Of a stretch of DNA of 64,000 bases, positions 38,102 through 47,117 are shown one piece after another (positions within the stretch are counted from its first letter, which is position 1; the number at the start of each line of letters is the position of its first letter). The translations under genes and the position numbers were made by a program. The DNA lies in contig JABDFY010000006.1 of NCBI GenBank assembly GCA_013286365.1, positions 1,881 to 65,880 of the forward strand. The letters are read 5' to 3'. This DNA comes from Alphaproteobacteria bacterium (GTDB taxonomy: Bacteria; Pseudomonadota; Alphaproteobacteria; UBA9219). The notes beneath the pieces were generated by a model. That model worked only from the letters and a program-made list of their open reading frames with translations. It was not told the DNA's origin and ran no database searches.

Positions 38102-38821
38102 ATGATTGCTATTGAACAAATACGCGCCGCACGCGCCATGGTGAACTGGTCACAGCGTCAATTGGCTGCAGCGGCAGGTCTCTCATTGCGCAACATCCAT
38201 AACATCGAAGCGGGATTAGTCGTCCCAAGACTTGAGACCATTAAGGCAATAAAAACTGCCCTAGAAAAAGCTAACATCGAATTTGGCGATGACTGCACAG
38301 TAACGTTGCGTCGCGAAGTATTCGACATAGAAAAACGCGAAGGGGAAGGTGCGCTCGAATCTTTAGTGCGAGATTTTATGGAAGCCTATCGTCAAGGCAC
38401 TAAGGAACTATTGCTATGTAATACAATAGAAAAAAAATGGGTTGAGATGGTAACCAGCGCCATGAACGAAGAATATAACAAAAGCTTGATGCGCTTTGGC
38501 GTGAAAGAACGCTGTTTAATCGCTCACGGTGACAAGACGATGTTTGGCTATCCTACATTCTATCGCTGGATGCCTAAAGAATATTTTAGAGAAGTTTCCT
38601 ATGCGGTATATGGAACTACATTAGCTCTAATCATATGGTCTCCGACTGTGCGAATTGCCATAATTCGTAACACGCATATTGCCGATAGTTACCGCCGCCA
38701 TTTCGAGTTCATCTGGGAACGTTCAGAAATTCCGCCTGTAGCCGAGCTAGCACAACGACACCCTCGTCGCGATGAACCTGAGATTTGGCAGATCGAAAAT
38801 GGTGCCCGCGTCTCAGATTGA
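38102..38821 (+). CDS. XRE-family helix-turn-helix regulator with uncharacterised ~170-aa C-terminal domain
   Basis: N-terminus IRAARAMVNWSQRQLAAAAGLSLRNIHNIEAG is a typical HTH_XRE. The remainder is not recognisable. Confidence 0.65.
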   Translation: MIAIEQIRAARAMVNWSQRQLAAAAGLSLRNIHNIEAGLVVPRLETIKAIKTALEKANIEFGDDCTVTLRREVFDIEKREGEGALESLVRDFMEAYRQGTKELLLCNTIEKKWVEMVTSAMNEEYNKSLMRFGVKERCLIAHGDKTMFGYPTFYRWMPKEYFREVSYAVYGTTLALIIWSPTVRIAIIRNTHIADSYRRHFEFIWERSEIPPVAELAQRHPRRDEPEIWQIENGARVSD

Positions 38822-38895
38822 AGACGTAGACTTCTTCTTGAAGTGCGGCCTATTGTATTTGGAAAAAGAGCGCAGTTGCTGTTTTTGAGATTATA

Positions 38896-39993
38896 TTAAA
38901 AACCAAATCCTTGGTTTGTTGCTGCACCAGTAGATACATTCATGCATTGCTGTTCGATAGTCGGCCGGCATGGATGATCAAGGAACCCCATTTGGCTTGG
39001 GTTTCCCGCTGCCTTTAAGGCCGTGCGAGGGGCTAGCGCACAAAGCAGCCATGCATGCCGATGAAATTTATTGTAACCTTCCATAACCCATTGATGCGCC
39101 ATTCGCGGATTTCTTGCGCACGTAATGCCAAGATTGACCCCCTCCAGCATAGCCTTAGCATGTTCTGGTTCAGCAACCAGATGATCGAGCACATATTGGC
39201 TTTGAGGAAGCTGTTTATTAAATACATTATACTCAACTGTGCCTCTGGTTTCCAAAGCCAGCATATAACCGAGCAGCTTGTATATCTTTCTATCGGTAAC
39301 TCTCCCACGAATACACAAAGTGTTGGTCATGCTCCTGCCAATACTTCGTAGCCATAGAGGTGTCTTAACAATATGTGGATCGGTTGAAGTGATCCCCGCT
39401 TTCTCCATAGCAGCGGCTTGCCACTCCTGACCCAACACAATATGCCCTGCCCCTACAAAATCATCCGCCATAGCCAGAAATATTTTGCCAGCGATGTCTG
39501 TAGAGCGATCGCCGGATTGCCCTGGCTGGTTGCGATCTTGAAACAATCCCTGCCTAAACGAAAGTGAGATCCTACTTAATGCACCAGCGCTCGCCCCTGG
39601 CGCCGTGCGATTGAATTTCAAAACATATGAAATCAAATAAGCAGTCGCTCGATCATCTCCTTTGACCAAGCCACACATATTCCAGAACAAGTCACGGTAA
39701 TCACTCTCTGAATGCGCGCGATTTAAATCTGCTTCCGTTATTCGCCAGTCAGTACGAATATTATTTAGTTTCTGCAAATAATCTTCGAAAAAATCACCAA
39801 AAAGCATAGCCCCCACTGATCTGGGCCTAAATAACAATATCAAAGGATTACTTAATACGATCCCTAATGCTGTCCGAGGATAGTATTCAGAATAACCAAA
39901 ACCAAAATCAGGGATAATTCTTTCCAGACACCTATCGGTTGCTACGGCTAAATTATACCTGGTTGATTCGCGGACGTAAAACGCAGAGAACAT
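38896..39993 (-). CDS. Hypothetical protein, possibly heme-oxygenase-like di-iron (iron-containing redox enzyme) fold
   Basis: Candidate ligand-type motifs spaced as in HDO/Haem_oxygenase_2 proteins: MADDFVGAGH, LALETRG and LDHLVAEPEHA. This is weak, motif-level evidence only. Confidence 0.3.
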   Translation of the reverse strand: MFSAFYVRESTRYNLAVATDRCLERIIPDFGFGYSEYYPRTALGIVLSNPLILLFRPRSVGAMLFGDFFEDYLQKLNNIRTDWRITEADLNRAHSESDYRDLFWNMCGLVKGDDRATAYLISYVLKFNRTAPGASAGALSRISLSFRQGLFQDRNQPGQSGDRSTDIAGKIFLAMADDFVGAGHIVLGQEWQAAAMEKAGITSTDPHIVKTPLWLRSIGRSMTNTLCIRGRVTDRKIYKLLGYMLALETRGTVEYNVFNKQLPQSQYVLDHLVAEPEHAKAMLEGVNLGITCARNPRMAHQWVMEGYNKFHRHAWLLCALAPRTALKAAGNPSQMGFLDHPCRPTIEQQCMNVSTGAATNQGFGF

Positions 39994-40406
39994 GCATCGA
40001 TCCTATTTATCAAATTGAATGCTCAACCTTCAATATATGGAAGCTCTAATTAACTAACATATGCCGAATATTATTGCCACCATATGTGGTTGAGGGCAAG
40101 GCCGCATGTAAGTTAATAGCATGACATTAACCTTGTTGGCTTTGATCCTTTACATGGCGAATGCAGACAACTAAAAAATATCTACTGAGACGCTTCCTTA
40201 ATCTATCAGAGTTATTGCACTTGCTTTACTTGATGCTTTAAGACTTCCGCAAAGGGTCGCTGTAGCTCTCAACTTAGCAAATTATTTAGCGCATATTTTA
40301 ATCAACATTATAGTTTTAACCTGAATTTAGGGAAAAATAGCTAAAATTGCCATCACCCAAAAATATACAGAAATAAATCCGTCTTAAACGCGGAGATCAT
40401 GTCATC

Positions 40407-41228
40407 ATGACCATAGGCAATGTAACTAATTCATTTTCTCTGCAGTCAAGCTTGACGGCACTAGCCAACAATGAACAGCAATTGAAGACAACAGAGCAAC
40501 AGTTGTCTACTGGTAAATCCGTTAATTCGCCCTCGGACAACGCGACGGCATTTTACGCTTCGCAGAATTTTCTTCAGCAGGCAAATGACCTCGCGAGCCT
40601 AAAGGACAATCTCGCAACCTCTTTGGCGACTGTAAATTCAACCACGAGTTCGATTTCAGATGTCACCCAAGTCGTTCAACAGCTTCAAGGAATAACTGCC
40701 CAAGCAGCCGGCACCACGGATACGACCACCCGGGCCAATTTAGCAACACAATATAACGCGCTGCTTCCCCAGCTCGATCAGCTGGTCAATGACGCAACAT
40801 TTAACGGCACTAATTTGATCAATAACACATCAACAAGTCTCACAGTGAACTTCAATGCCAACAATACATCGGGAGTGACAATTCCCAGCGTTAACGTCAC
40901 ATCAAGCGGTCTCAACATCACCAGTGTATCGAACGGTTTTGCGACGACAGCCGACATTAATGCAGCCAACTCACAATTACAGAGTGCATTGTCGACATTG
41001 AATGCCAACGCCGCTAGCTTCGGTGATAACGCTACATTGATCCAAACCAATCAGGATTTTACATCCAATTTGATCAATAACCTTCAAACGGCGTCAGATA
41101 ACCTGACTTTGGCGGACACCAATCAGGAAGCCGCAAGCCTTCTGGCACTCCAGGCACAGAACCAATTAAGTGTTGCGTCGCTGGGTATATCAGGCCAACT
41201 GTCACAAGCCGTTCTAAAGTTATTTTAA
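40407..41228 (+). CDS. Flagellin (short alphaproteobacterial type, 273 aa)
   Basis: N-terminal QQLSTGKSVNSPSDNATAFYAS, central FNGTNLIN, and C-terminal ADTNQEAASLLALQAQNQLSVASLGISGQLSQAVLKLF. This is the conserved flagellin D0/D1 pattern, and the length matches Caulobacter-type flagellins. GGAG lies upstream. Confidence 0.8.
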   Translation: MTIGNVTNSFSLQSSLTALANNEQQLKTTEQQLSTGKSVNSPSDNATAFYASQNFLQQANDLASLKDNLATSLATVNSTTSSISDVTQVVQQLQGITAQAAGTTDTTTRANLATQYNALLPQLDQLVNDATFNGTNLINNTSTSLTVNFNANNTSGVTIPSVNVTSSGLNITSVSNGFATTADINAANSQLQSALSTLNANAASFGDNATLIQTNQDFTSNLINNLQTASDNLTLADTNQEAASLLALQAQNQLSVASLGISGQLSQAVLKLF

Positions 41229-41336
41229 ATAGGCCATAAGCTCAGACGGAAAGATTCTTCTCATAGGATATTGAAAGACATTTCTTGCAACATCCTCTCC
41301 TCTTGAATTGACTCTCGGTGTATTTCGCACACGTTC

Positions 41337-41798
41337 CTATCGCGTAGCTCTCAATAATTGCCGCCAACCACCGCGTCGATTGACACCCGTCTGCGTAAGA
41401 GCGCCCAGGGCGAGTGTCGCGACAGCGGCAGCACCTGCTAATTCTGTATTTGGAAACCTACGTTGTGTGACAGCCGTTATAGCGGCACTCGTTAGTGTCA
41501 TCAAAACGTTACCTGCCGTTCTGATGCGATTGGCATGTCGTCGAACATTACAATCAATTCCATAATGCTGTAAAATATTGCCGTCCCAATTTTGAGCGTT
41601 TCGCGCTAGTTTATTCATATATAAACCTGTTGTGATCAAGCTAGCCTCGACAAACTCTAAAGGAAGTCCCTTATAAGCAACATAAGCTGCAATACAAGTA
41701 CCCAACGCCGCAGCCAAGGAAGCAATCGGTAACTTATCCTCCAACGGCATGAGCAATCTCGCACCATAGGCCTTAAATAATATCGATAACCTATTCAT
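41337..41798 (-). CDS. Hypothetical membrane protein
   Basis: 153-aa ORF with hydrophobic segments. No motif recognised. Confidence 0.3.
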   Translation of the reverse strand: MNRLSILFKAYGARLLMPLEDKLPIASLAAALGTCIAAYVAYKGLPLEFVEASLITTGLYMNKLARNAQNWDGNILQHYGIDCNVRRHANRIRTAGNVLMTLTSAAITAVTQRRFPNTELAGAAAVATLALGALTQTGVNRRGGWRQLLRATR

Positions 41799-41874
41799 AA
41801 AATACCCTTTCGTTTTATATAAACACTACATCCAGTAGACGATATTATTCTTATCGCCTTTCAGATTAATCCGC

Positions 41875-42510
41875 TTAATAACCTTTTGTCTTTGCATAAT
41901 CAATCATCCAGAGCTTACGAGGTCCACGAAAATGAATAAGTGCGGCCTCATCCAAATTATCTTGCTGTTTGTCAGGTGTTCGACAATAGGTATCGTAATC
42001 AAGTTCTTTTATAGTTAAACTTGTATCGATCGTCGCGCGTAGAAATGCCGTTTGTCCGCCTTCCCAGCCATCCTTGACACGAAACGACTGATAAACGGCC
42101 AAGGCCTGATTAAATATCTCTCCGCCGCCTGGTTTTATGAAATCAACGTCGCCGCAAAATGCATTGTCATTTCTATCTTTTGCCGGATACCGGCAAGCGG
42201 CAACATGAAAGTCGTCATTAAATACGTCTCTCACATTCTTACAAACCAATACATCCGTCGCAATTTGCAGGATGTTTTCCGGCCGCTCACAGAGCTTAAT
42301 CATGGCCCCAAACCCCCACATAATAAAATCCCCTCTATAAGGGTGGCGCAGCACTTCGTCGACCCCTTCGATACCAGGAAAAGTGTCATTTGACAGTTGC
42401 ACTATCTTAGCGCCTGGAATGTTTTTGCGTACCGAGCCTATGGTATATCGCGCACGTTCGACCGAGGAGACTTCCCCAGTATCTTCTTGTAGGCAGAATG
42501 TCACAATCAT
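41875..42510 (-). CDS. Hypothetical protein, possibly GT-A-fold nucleotide-sugar transferase
   Basis: Start moved to ATG 42510 (MIVTFCLQED), preceded by AGGA. The track ORF starts at TTG 42588. The segment QIATDVLVCKNVRDVF loosely resembles the GT8 region around the DxD motif. Weak evidence. Confidence 0.25.
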   Translation of the reverse strand: MIVTFCLQEDTGEVSSVERARYTIGSVRKNIPGAKIVQLSNDTFPGIEGVDEVLRHPYRGDFIMWGFGAMIKLCERPENILQIATDVLVCKNVRDVFNDDFHVAACRYPAKDRNDNAFCGDVDFIKPGGGEIFNQALAVYQSFRVKDGWEGGQTAFLRATIDTSLTIKELDYDTYCRTPDKQQDNLDEAALIHFRGPRKLWMIDYAKTKGY

Positions 42511-42681
42511 CGGCAATATCCTGATTACTGCAGGTCCACTTTCAAAAGTGATTTTATCGGATATGCAACCATATAGCCATCCTCCCAATCAATATCGGCA
42601 TGCCATTCGATTTAAATTTTTGCTTCGCAATCTAGGCGCTAGCGTCTAAGGTCAAAGACGTACAAGTTTATAGAGGATCCA

Positions 42682-43716
42682 TTGACAGAGCCGTCATCTG
42701 AGGACCCCGTTTCTGGCGCTGAAACGCCATCGCCATCCCAGCCTAAGTTGAGGTTGGGACGTATTATAGCCTTGCTAACCGTCATCATTTTGTTGCCCAT
42801 CGGCCTCAGCGCAGCGGCAATTCTAAGTCCTGGGCCTGTCACAGATACGAAAACACTCGTGATATCGCACGGCATGCGTTCCCCTGAAATCGGCGCCATG
42901 CTCGAGAGTGAGCAAATTATTCCCAACCAAGTCATGTTCCATCTCGCTGTCAAGATTTTGGCAAACGGCGCCCTTCAAGCTGGCGAATATGAGTTCACGC
43001 CGCATCAAAGTTTAGCCGATATCGTGCTGATGATGCATGAAGGACATTCCGTTGTACGTCTTTATACGGTGGCCGAAGGATTAACTTCAGTTGAGATTGT
43101 TGATTTGCTTAAAAATAATTCGACCTTTATGGGTGATGTTACGACTATTCCTGCCGATGGCTCGTTGCTGCCAGAAAGCTATCGCTACAGTTATGGCGAC
43201 ATGCGATCGACCATTATTGAAAGAATGCAAAAAGCAATGCAAGAAACACTTCACCAACTATGGGCCGACCGCGACACAAGCATTCCCTTAAAAACGCCCG
43301 ACGAGGCCTTGGTGATGGCATCCATCATAGAGAAAGAAACTGGAAAGCCACAAGAACGTCCGCGCATCGCTGGTGTATTTTATAATCGTTTGCAGAAAAA
43401 TATGCGTCTGCAATCAGATCCAACCGTCATCTATGCCGTAACACACGGTCAGGGACCTCTGGACCGTGAATTGACGCATGACGATCTTACTTTCCCCTCC
43501 CCCTATAATACTTATACAAATGATGGATTACCGCCGAAATCCATTTGTAATCCGGGACGCGCTTCGATCGAAGCTGCCTTACATCCTGAAAACAATGACT
43601 ATTTGTATTTTGTTGCCGATGGAACTGGCGGTCATGTCTTCGCAAAAGATCTTAGCGAGCACAATCAAAACGTTGCGAAATTGGTGAGTTTAAAAAAAGC
43701 GCAATCCATACAGTGA
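42682..43716 (+). CDS. mltG: Endolytic murein transglycosylase (YceG-like)
   Basis: N-terminal TM, then ASIIEKETG, GVFYNRL, LQSDPTVIY and YNTYTNDGLPPKSICNPG. TTG start in the track. Confidence 0.85.
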   Translation: MTEPSSEDPVSGAETPSPSQPKLRLGRIIALLTVIILLPIGLSAAAILSPGPVTDTKTLVISHGMRSPEIGAMLESEQIIPNQVMFHLAVKILANGALQAGEYEFTPHQSLADIVLMMHEGHSVVRLYTVAEGLTSVEIVDLLKNNSTFMGDVTTIPADGSLLPESYRYSYGDMRSTIIERMQKAMQETLHQLWADRDTSIPLKTPDEALVMASIIEKETGKPQERPRIAGVFYNRLQKNMRLQSDPTVIYAVTHGQGPLDRELTHDDLTFPSPYNTYTNDGLPPKSICNPGRASIEAALHPENNDYLYFVADGTGGHVFAKDLSEHNQNVAKLVSLKKAQSIQ

Positions 43717-43741
43717 CTAAATAAATTATAACCAATACGTA

Positions 43742-44197
43742 TCACGCATCATTGGACTTATTTTTCCACCCCTCTTCTCCTTGCTGCCAATAGCTTAGCT
43801 CGTGGCCGCCAGCCTTGTATTTTGCCCAATTCTGTCGAGCGGAAGCAATGGCAGCATCGTCGTTGCCATTAAATATTTCACAGACCCTTTGGTAATCGCC
43901 AATATTGTCTGATCCTGCTCCATCAGTTAGAAAAAGGAGGGCCGCATTATTGGGACGTTCATCTGTTGACGTAAGCCATATGGGCTGCTCTTCGGCATGA
44001 CCATCTTTAGCGCTGCCGTGTGGCAGAAAACTATCGGGTCGATAGGTCCAGAGATGTTGTGCCAGCGCCTCGACACGTTCTTGCGAGCCAGCCATCACGA
44101 CTGCACGCCAACCACGTTCGAGTGTTTTTTCTAATAACTCGGGCAATGCTTCTTCAAGCGATTTACGCGTCAGATGATAAAACCGAATTTCGCTCAT
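43742..44197 (-). CDS. holC: DNA polymerase III subunit chi
   Basis: 151 aa beginning RFYHLTRKSLEEALPELLEKTLERGWRAVV, with LWTYRPDSFLPHG. Overlaps the pepA stop, the usual pepA-holC arrangement. Confidence 0.8.
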   Translation of the reverse strand: MSEIRFYHLTRKSLEEALPELLEKTLERGWRAVVMAGSQERVEALAQHLWTYRPDSFLPHGSAKDGHAEEQPIWLTSTDERPNNAALLFLTDGAGSDNIGDYQRVCEIFNGNDDAAIASARQNWAKYKAGGHELSYWQQGEEGWKNKSNDA

Positions 44198-45702
44198 TTG
44201 CCTTCGATATTATCGCTCACAAAGCGATCAAGCAAGCGAACGCCATAGGCGGTGGCGCCTTTGGGCACGACGGGCTTGTCTCTATTCTGCCAAGCCATGC
44301 CGGCGATATCGAGATGCGCCCAGGGTGTGCCTTTTTTGACGAATCGATAAATAAACTGTGCCGCCGTTATGCTGCCGGCTCCACGACCTGAACCAATATT
44401 GCGCATATCTGCTGCTGGCGAATCAATATCCTTGTCATAAGCATCACCCATTGGAAATCGCCATAACTCTTCCTCAACTTTTTTGCCGGCTGCTATTAAC
44501 TGACTGGAAAGCGTATCGTCGTTACTGAATAGGCCCGCATACTCATGGCCAAGAGAAATTATTATTGCACCGGTGAGCGTTGCCAAATCAATCAGACATC
44601 TTGGGTTAAATTTTTCTTGTGCGTACCAAATGGCATCACACAAAACAAGACGGCCTTCGGCATCAGTATTAATCACCTCAACCGTTTGCCCAGACATTGA
44701 TGTAACGATATCACCAGGACGTTGCGCCGTACCGGATGGCATATTTTCAACCAAACCAACAATACCGACGACATTCGCTTTTGCCTTGCGTCCTGCCAGG
44801 GCTTTCATAGCACCGATGACAGCGCCTGCGCCTCCCATATCCCATTTCATATCTTCCATGCCAGCCGCAGGTTTGATGGAGATGCCACCTGTATCAAACG
44901 TCACGCCCTTACCGATGAAGGCCACCGGCCGTTTGTCCTTAGCAGAAGCATTACCTTGCCAACTGAGCGTGACGAGACGACCCGGTTTGGCGCTCCCTTG
45001 GGCCACGCCAAGTAGGGCTCCCATACCCAATTTCTTCATCTGTTTTTCGTCTAAAATCTCAACTTTAACTCCCAAAGATTTCAAGGTGTTGCATTGTTGA
45101 GCCAATGTTTCAGGATAAATGATGTTGGGTGGCTCTGAAACCAGATCGCGCGTAAGAAATACGCCATCTGCAATACAATCAAGTGACAAATAGGCCTTGC
45201 GCGCCTTAACGGCATGGGCACTGGCAACCGTGAGTGTTTTAAGATGTTCCTTTTGATCCGGTTTTAATTTAGTGCGGTATTTGTCGAAGCGATAGGAACG
45301 TAGTCGAGCGCCGAAGGCAGCCTGTGCCACGGCCTCGCCTTCCGGCAATGACGATCCCTTGAACTCATCAACAAGCAAAATTGCATGTGTATCCTTGTTG
45401 CCCTGAAGCGCTGCCATGGCCGTGCCCCCAATGCGTTGCATGACGACATCTGACGCCTTAATCGGATCACCAAGGCCTACTAAGATGAGACGCGACAACC
45501 GCGATTTGGCTGGCGCCACTATGGTCAGCAACTGTTCTTTGGCGCCTGAAAAAGTGCTGGCAGCCATCGCCTTCTTCAAAACACCGCCTAATTTACGATC
45601 GAGCCTCAGACCTTCTTCGCCCAACTTCTGCCCGGTAGCAACCGTGAGAACCAAGACACCTCTATTTGGCAGTGTGGCGGGCGAGAATACAATTTTGAGC
45701 AT
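44194..45702 (-). CDS. pepA: Leucyl aminopeptidase (M17)
   Basis: Motifs VGKGVTFDTGGISIKP, MKWDMGGAGA and NTDAEGRLVLCD. Confidence 0.9.
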   Translation of the reverse strand: MLKIVFSPATLPNRGVLVLTVATGQKLGEEGLRLDRKLGGVLKKAMAASTFSGAKEQLLTIVAPAKSRLSRLILVGLGDPIKASDVVMQRIGGTAMAALQGNKDTHAILLVDEFKGSSLPEGEAVAQAAFGARLRSYRFDKYRTKLKPDQKEHLKTLTVASAHAVKARKAYLSLDCIADGVFLTRDLVSEPPNIIYPETLAQQCNTLKSLGVKVEILDEKQMKKLGMGALLGVAQGSAKPGRLVTLSWQGNASAKDKRPVAFIGKGVTFDTGGISIKPAAGMEDMKWDMGGAGAVIGAMKALAGRKAKANVVGIVGLVENMPSGTAQRPGDIVTSMSGQTVEVINTDAEGRLVLCDAIWYAQEKFNPRCLIDLATLTGAIIISLGHEYAGLFSNDDTLSSQLIAAGKKVEEELWRFPMGDAYDKDIDSPAADMRNIGSGRGAGSITAAQFIYRFVKKGTPWAHLDIAGMAWQNRDKPVVPKGATAYGVRLLDRFVSDNIEGK

Positions 45703-45983
45703 TTTCTAAACCTTCAAGTAAGAGAGACCCTTGGACATATTTGTTATCTGATAGTAGGCGCAAAGGTCAATGTCAGGACAAATATCAGTATGGCATGAAC
45801 GAAACTTTTATCTAGCTAGGCTCTGGTTGACTGTCCACTATATCAGACCGAAAGGCTCGGGTGACATGTTTTGCTTATAAAACGCAAATTATCTTTGGAA
45901 TACCTTATTTATCAAGGTAAATGGCTGACCCCAGAAGCATCAAAAGTTGCTGTATGGACCCAAACCTATTAAGAACAATGCCC

Positions 45984-47117
45984 ATGACCAATCGCCTCGG
46001 CCTCTATTTGTTTCGGCAATTGCTAACCGCCTTTCTCTTTGCGGGCGTGGCTGTGACTATTGTTGTCCTGTTTACTCAAATGTTCCGGCTTTTGTCCTTG
46101 GTCATCGATAACTCTTCAACTTTATGGATCTTTTTCCAGCTCATGGGACTATCGGTGCCAACATTTCTACCCTTGGTATTGCCACTGGGCTTGGCGGTTG
46201 GAGTAACATTTGTCTATCACAAGCTCGCCATCGACAGCGAGCTGGTAATCTTACGGGCCGCTGGCATTAGCCCCATGCGTCAAGCTATGCCAGCGCTTGT
46301 GCTTGCCACTATTGTCATGATCATTTGCTATGCCCTGACATTATGGCTAACGCCGGCAGCTAACCGTGAACTTGTAGCGTTGCAGTATTCGGTGCGCGAT
46401 AATTTCTCTGTGTTTCTAGCACGACCTGGAAATTTTAACGACATCACCGATGGCTTAACTTTTTATGCGCGGGAGCGCGGCAGCAATGGCGAGCTTCAGG
46501 GTATTTTGCTTCACGATGTGCGCAAGCCGGATAACACAGTTACAATCATGGCCGATAAAGGTCAGATGCTCGTCGTCAACGGCCAGCCGCAGATCGTCGT
46601 TTTCAATGGTAAACGGCAGGAAATGGACCGCACAACAGGACATTTGGATCAGCTGACATTCGACCGCTACGTATTAGATTTACAAGCCCTGCGCGGCGCC
46701 GAGACACTTCGTTTGCCAGACCCGCGCGAGCAAACTCTTCAAGAGCTACTTAATCCGTCTCTACAGATGCTCAAGAACCGAGCCTCGCCAGAGCGTCTCA
46801 TGGCCGAACTCCAGCAACGTTTAGCAACCCCCTTATTGGCCATATCGTACGCGCTTATCGGACTTACCACCATTCTCGCCGGTGAGTTCAATCGGCGCGG
46901 TATGAGTAAGCGTATTCTCATAGCTGCCTTGTCTGTTACCATTGTCCAAGCGGCAACGCTTTCGACGACAAGTCTTATCACCAAGGAAAGCTGGTTGGCT
47001 TTGGTGCTTTATATAGTTGTCCTAGCCCCGACACCGCTTTGTTTGATACTGCTTAATTCAAAAATTCTCCGCAAACCTGTTCCAGCAACAGCGTTAGCAG
47101 CAGCGGCCACGACATGA
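45984..47117 (+). CDS. lptF: LPS export ABC permease LptF
   Basis: YjgP/YjgQ-family membrane protein paired with lptG. Start placed at ATG 45984 (MTNRLGLYLFRQLL). The track starts at 45921. Confidence 0.8.
   Translation: MTNRLGLYLFRQLLTAFLFAGVAVTIVVLFTQMFRLLSLVIDNSSTLWIFFQLMGLSVPTFLPLVLPLGLAVGVTFVYHKLAIDSELVILRAAGISPMRQAMPALVLATIVMIICYALTLWLTPAANRELVALQYSVRDNFSVFLARPGNFNDITDGLTFYARERGSNGELQGILLHDVRKPDNTVTIMADKGQMLVVNGQPQIVVFNGKRQEMDRTTGHLDQLTFDRYVLDLQALRGAETLRLPDPREQTLQELLNPSLQMLKNRASPERLMAELQQRLATPLLAISYALIGLTTILAGEFNRRGMSKRILIAALSVTIVQAATLSTTSLITKESWLALVLYIVVLAPTPLCLILLNSKILRKPVPATALAAAATT

Noticed and set aside
40000-40406. Sigma-28 (TAAA-N15-GCCGATAA) or sigma-54 (TGGCAC-N5-TTGC) promoter upstream of the flagellin, and a 17-codon ORF (MTLTLLALILYMANADN) at about 40121
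   Set aside because: I found only partial matches (ttgcacttgc, taaaattgcc), with the key GG or GCCGATAA elements missing. The mini-ORF has no RBS.
42639-42953. Minus-strand 104-aa ORF overlapping the mltG 5-prime end
   Set aside because: It is antisense to a well-supported mltG reading frame and has no motif or RBS.
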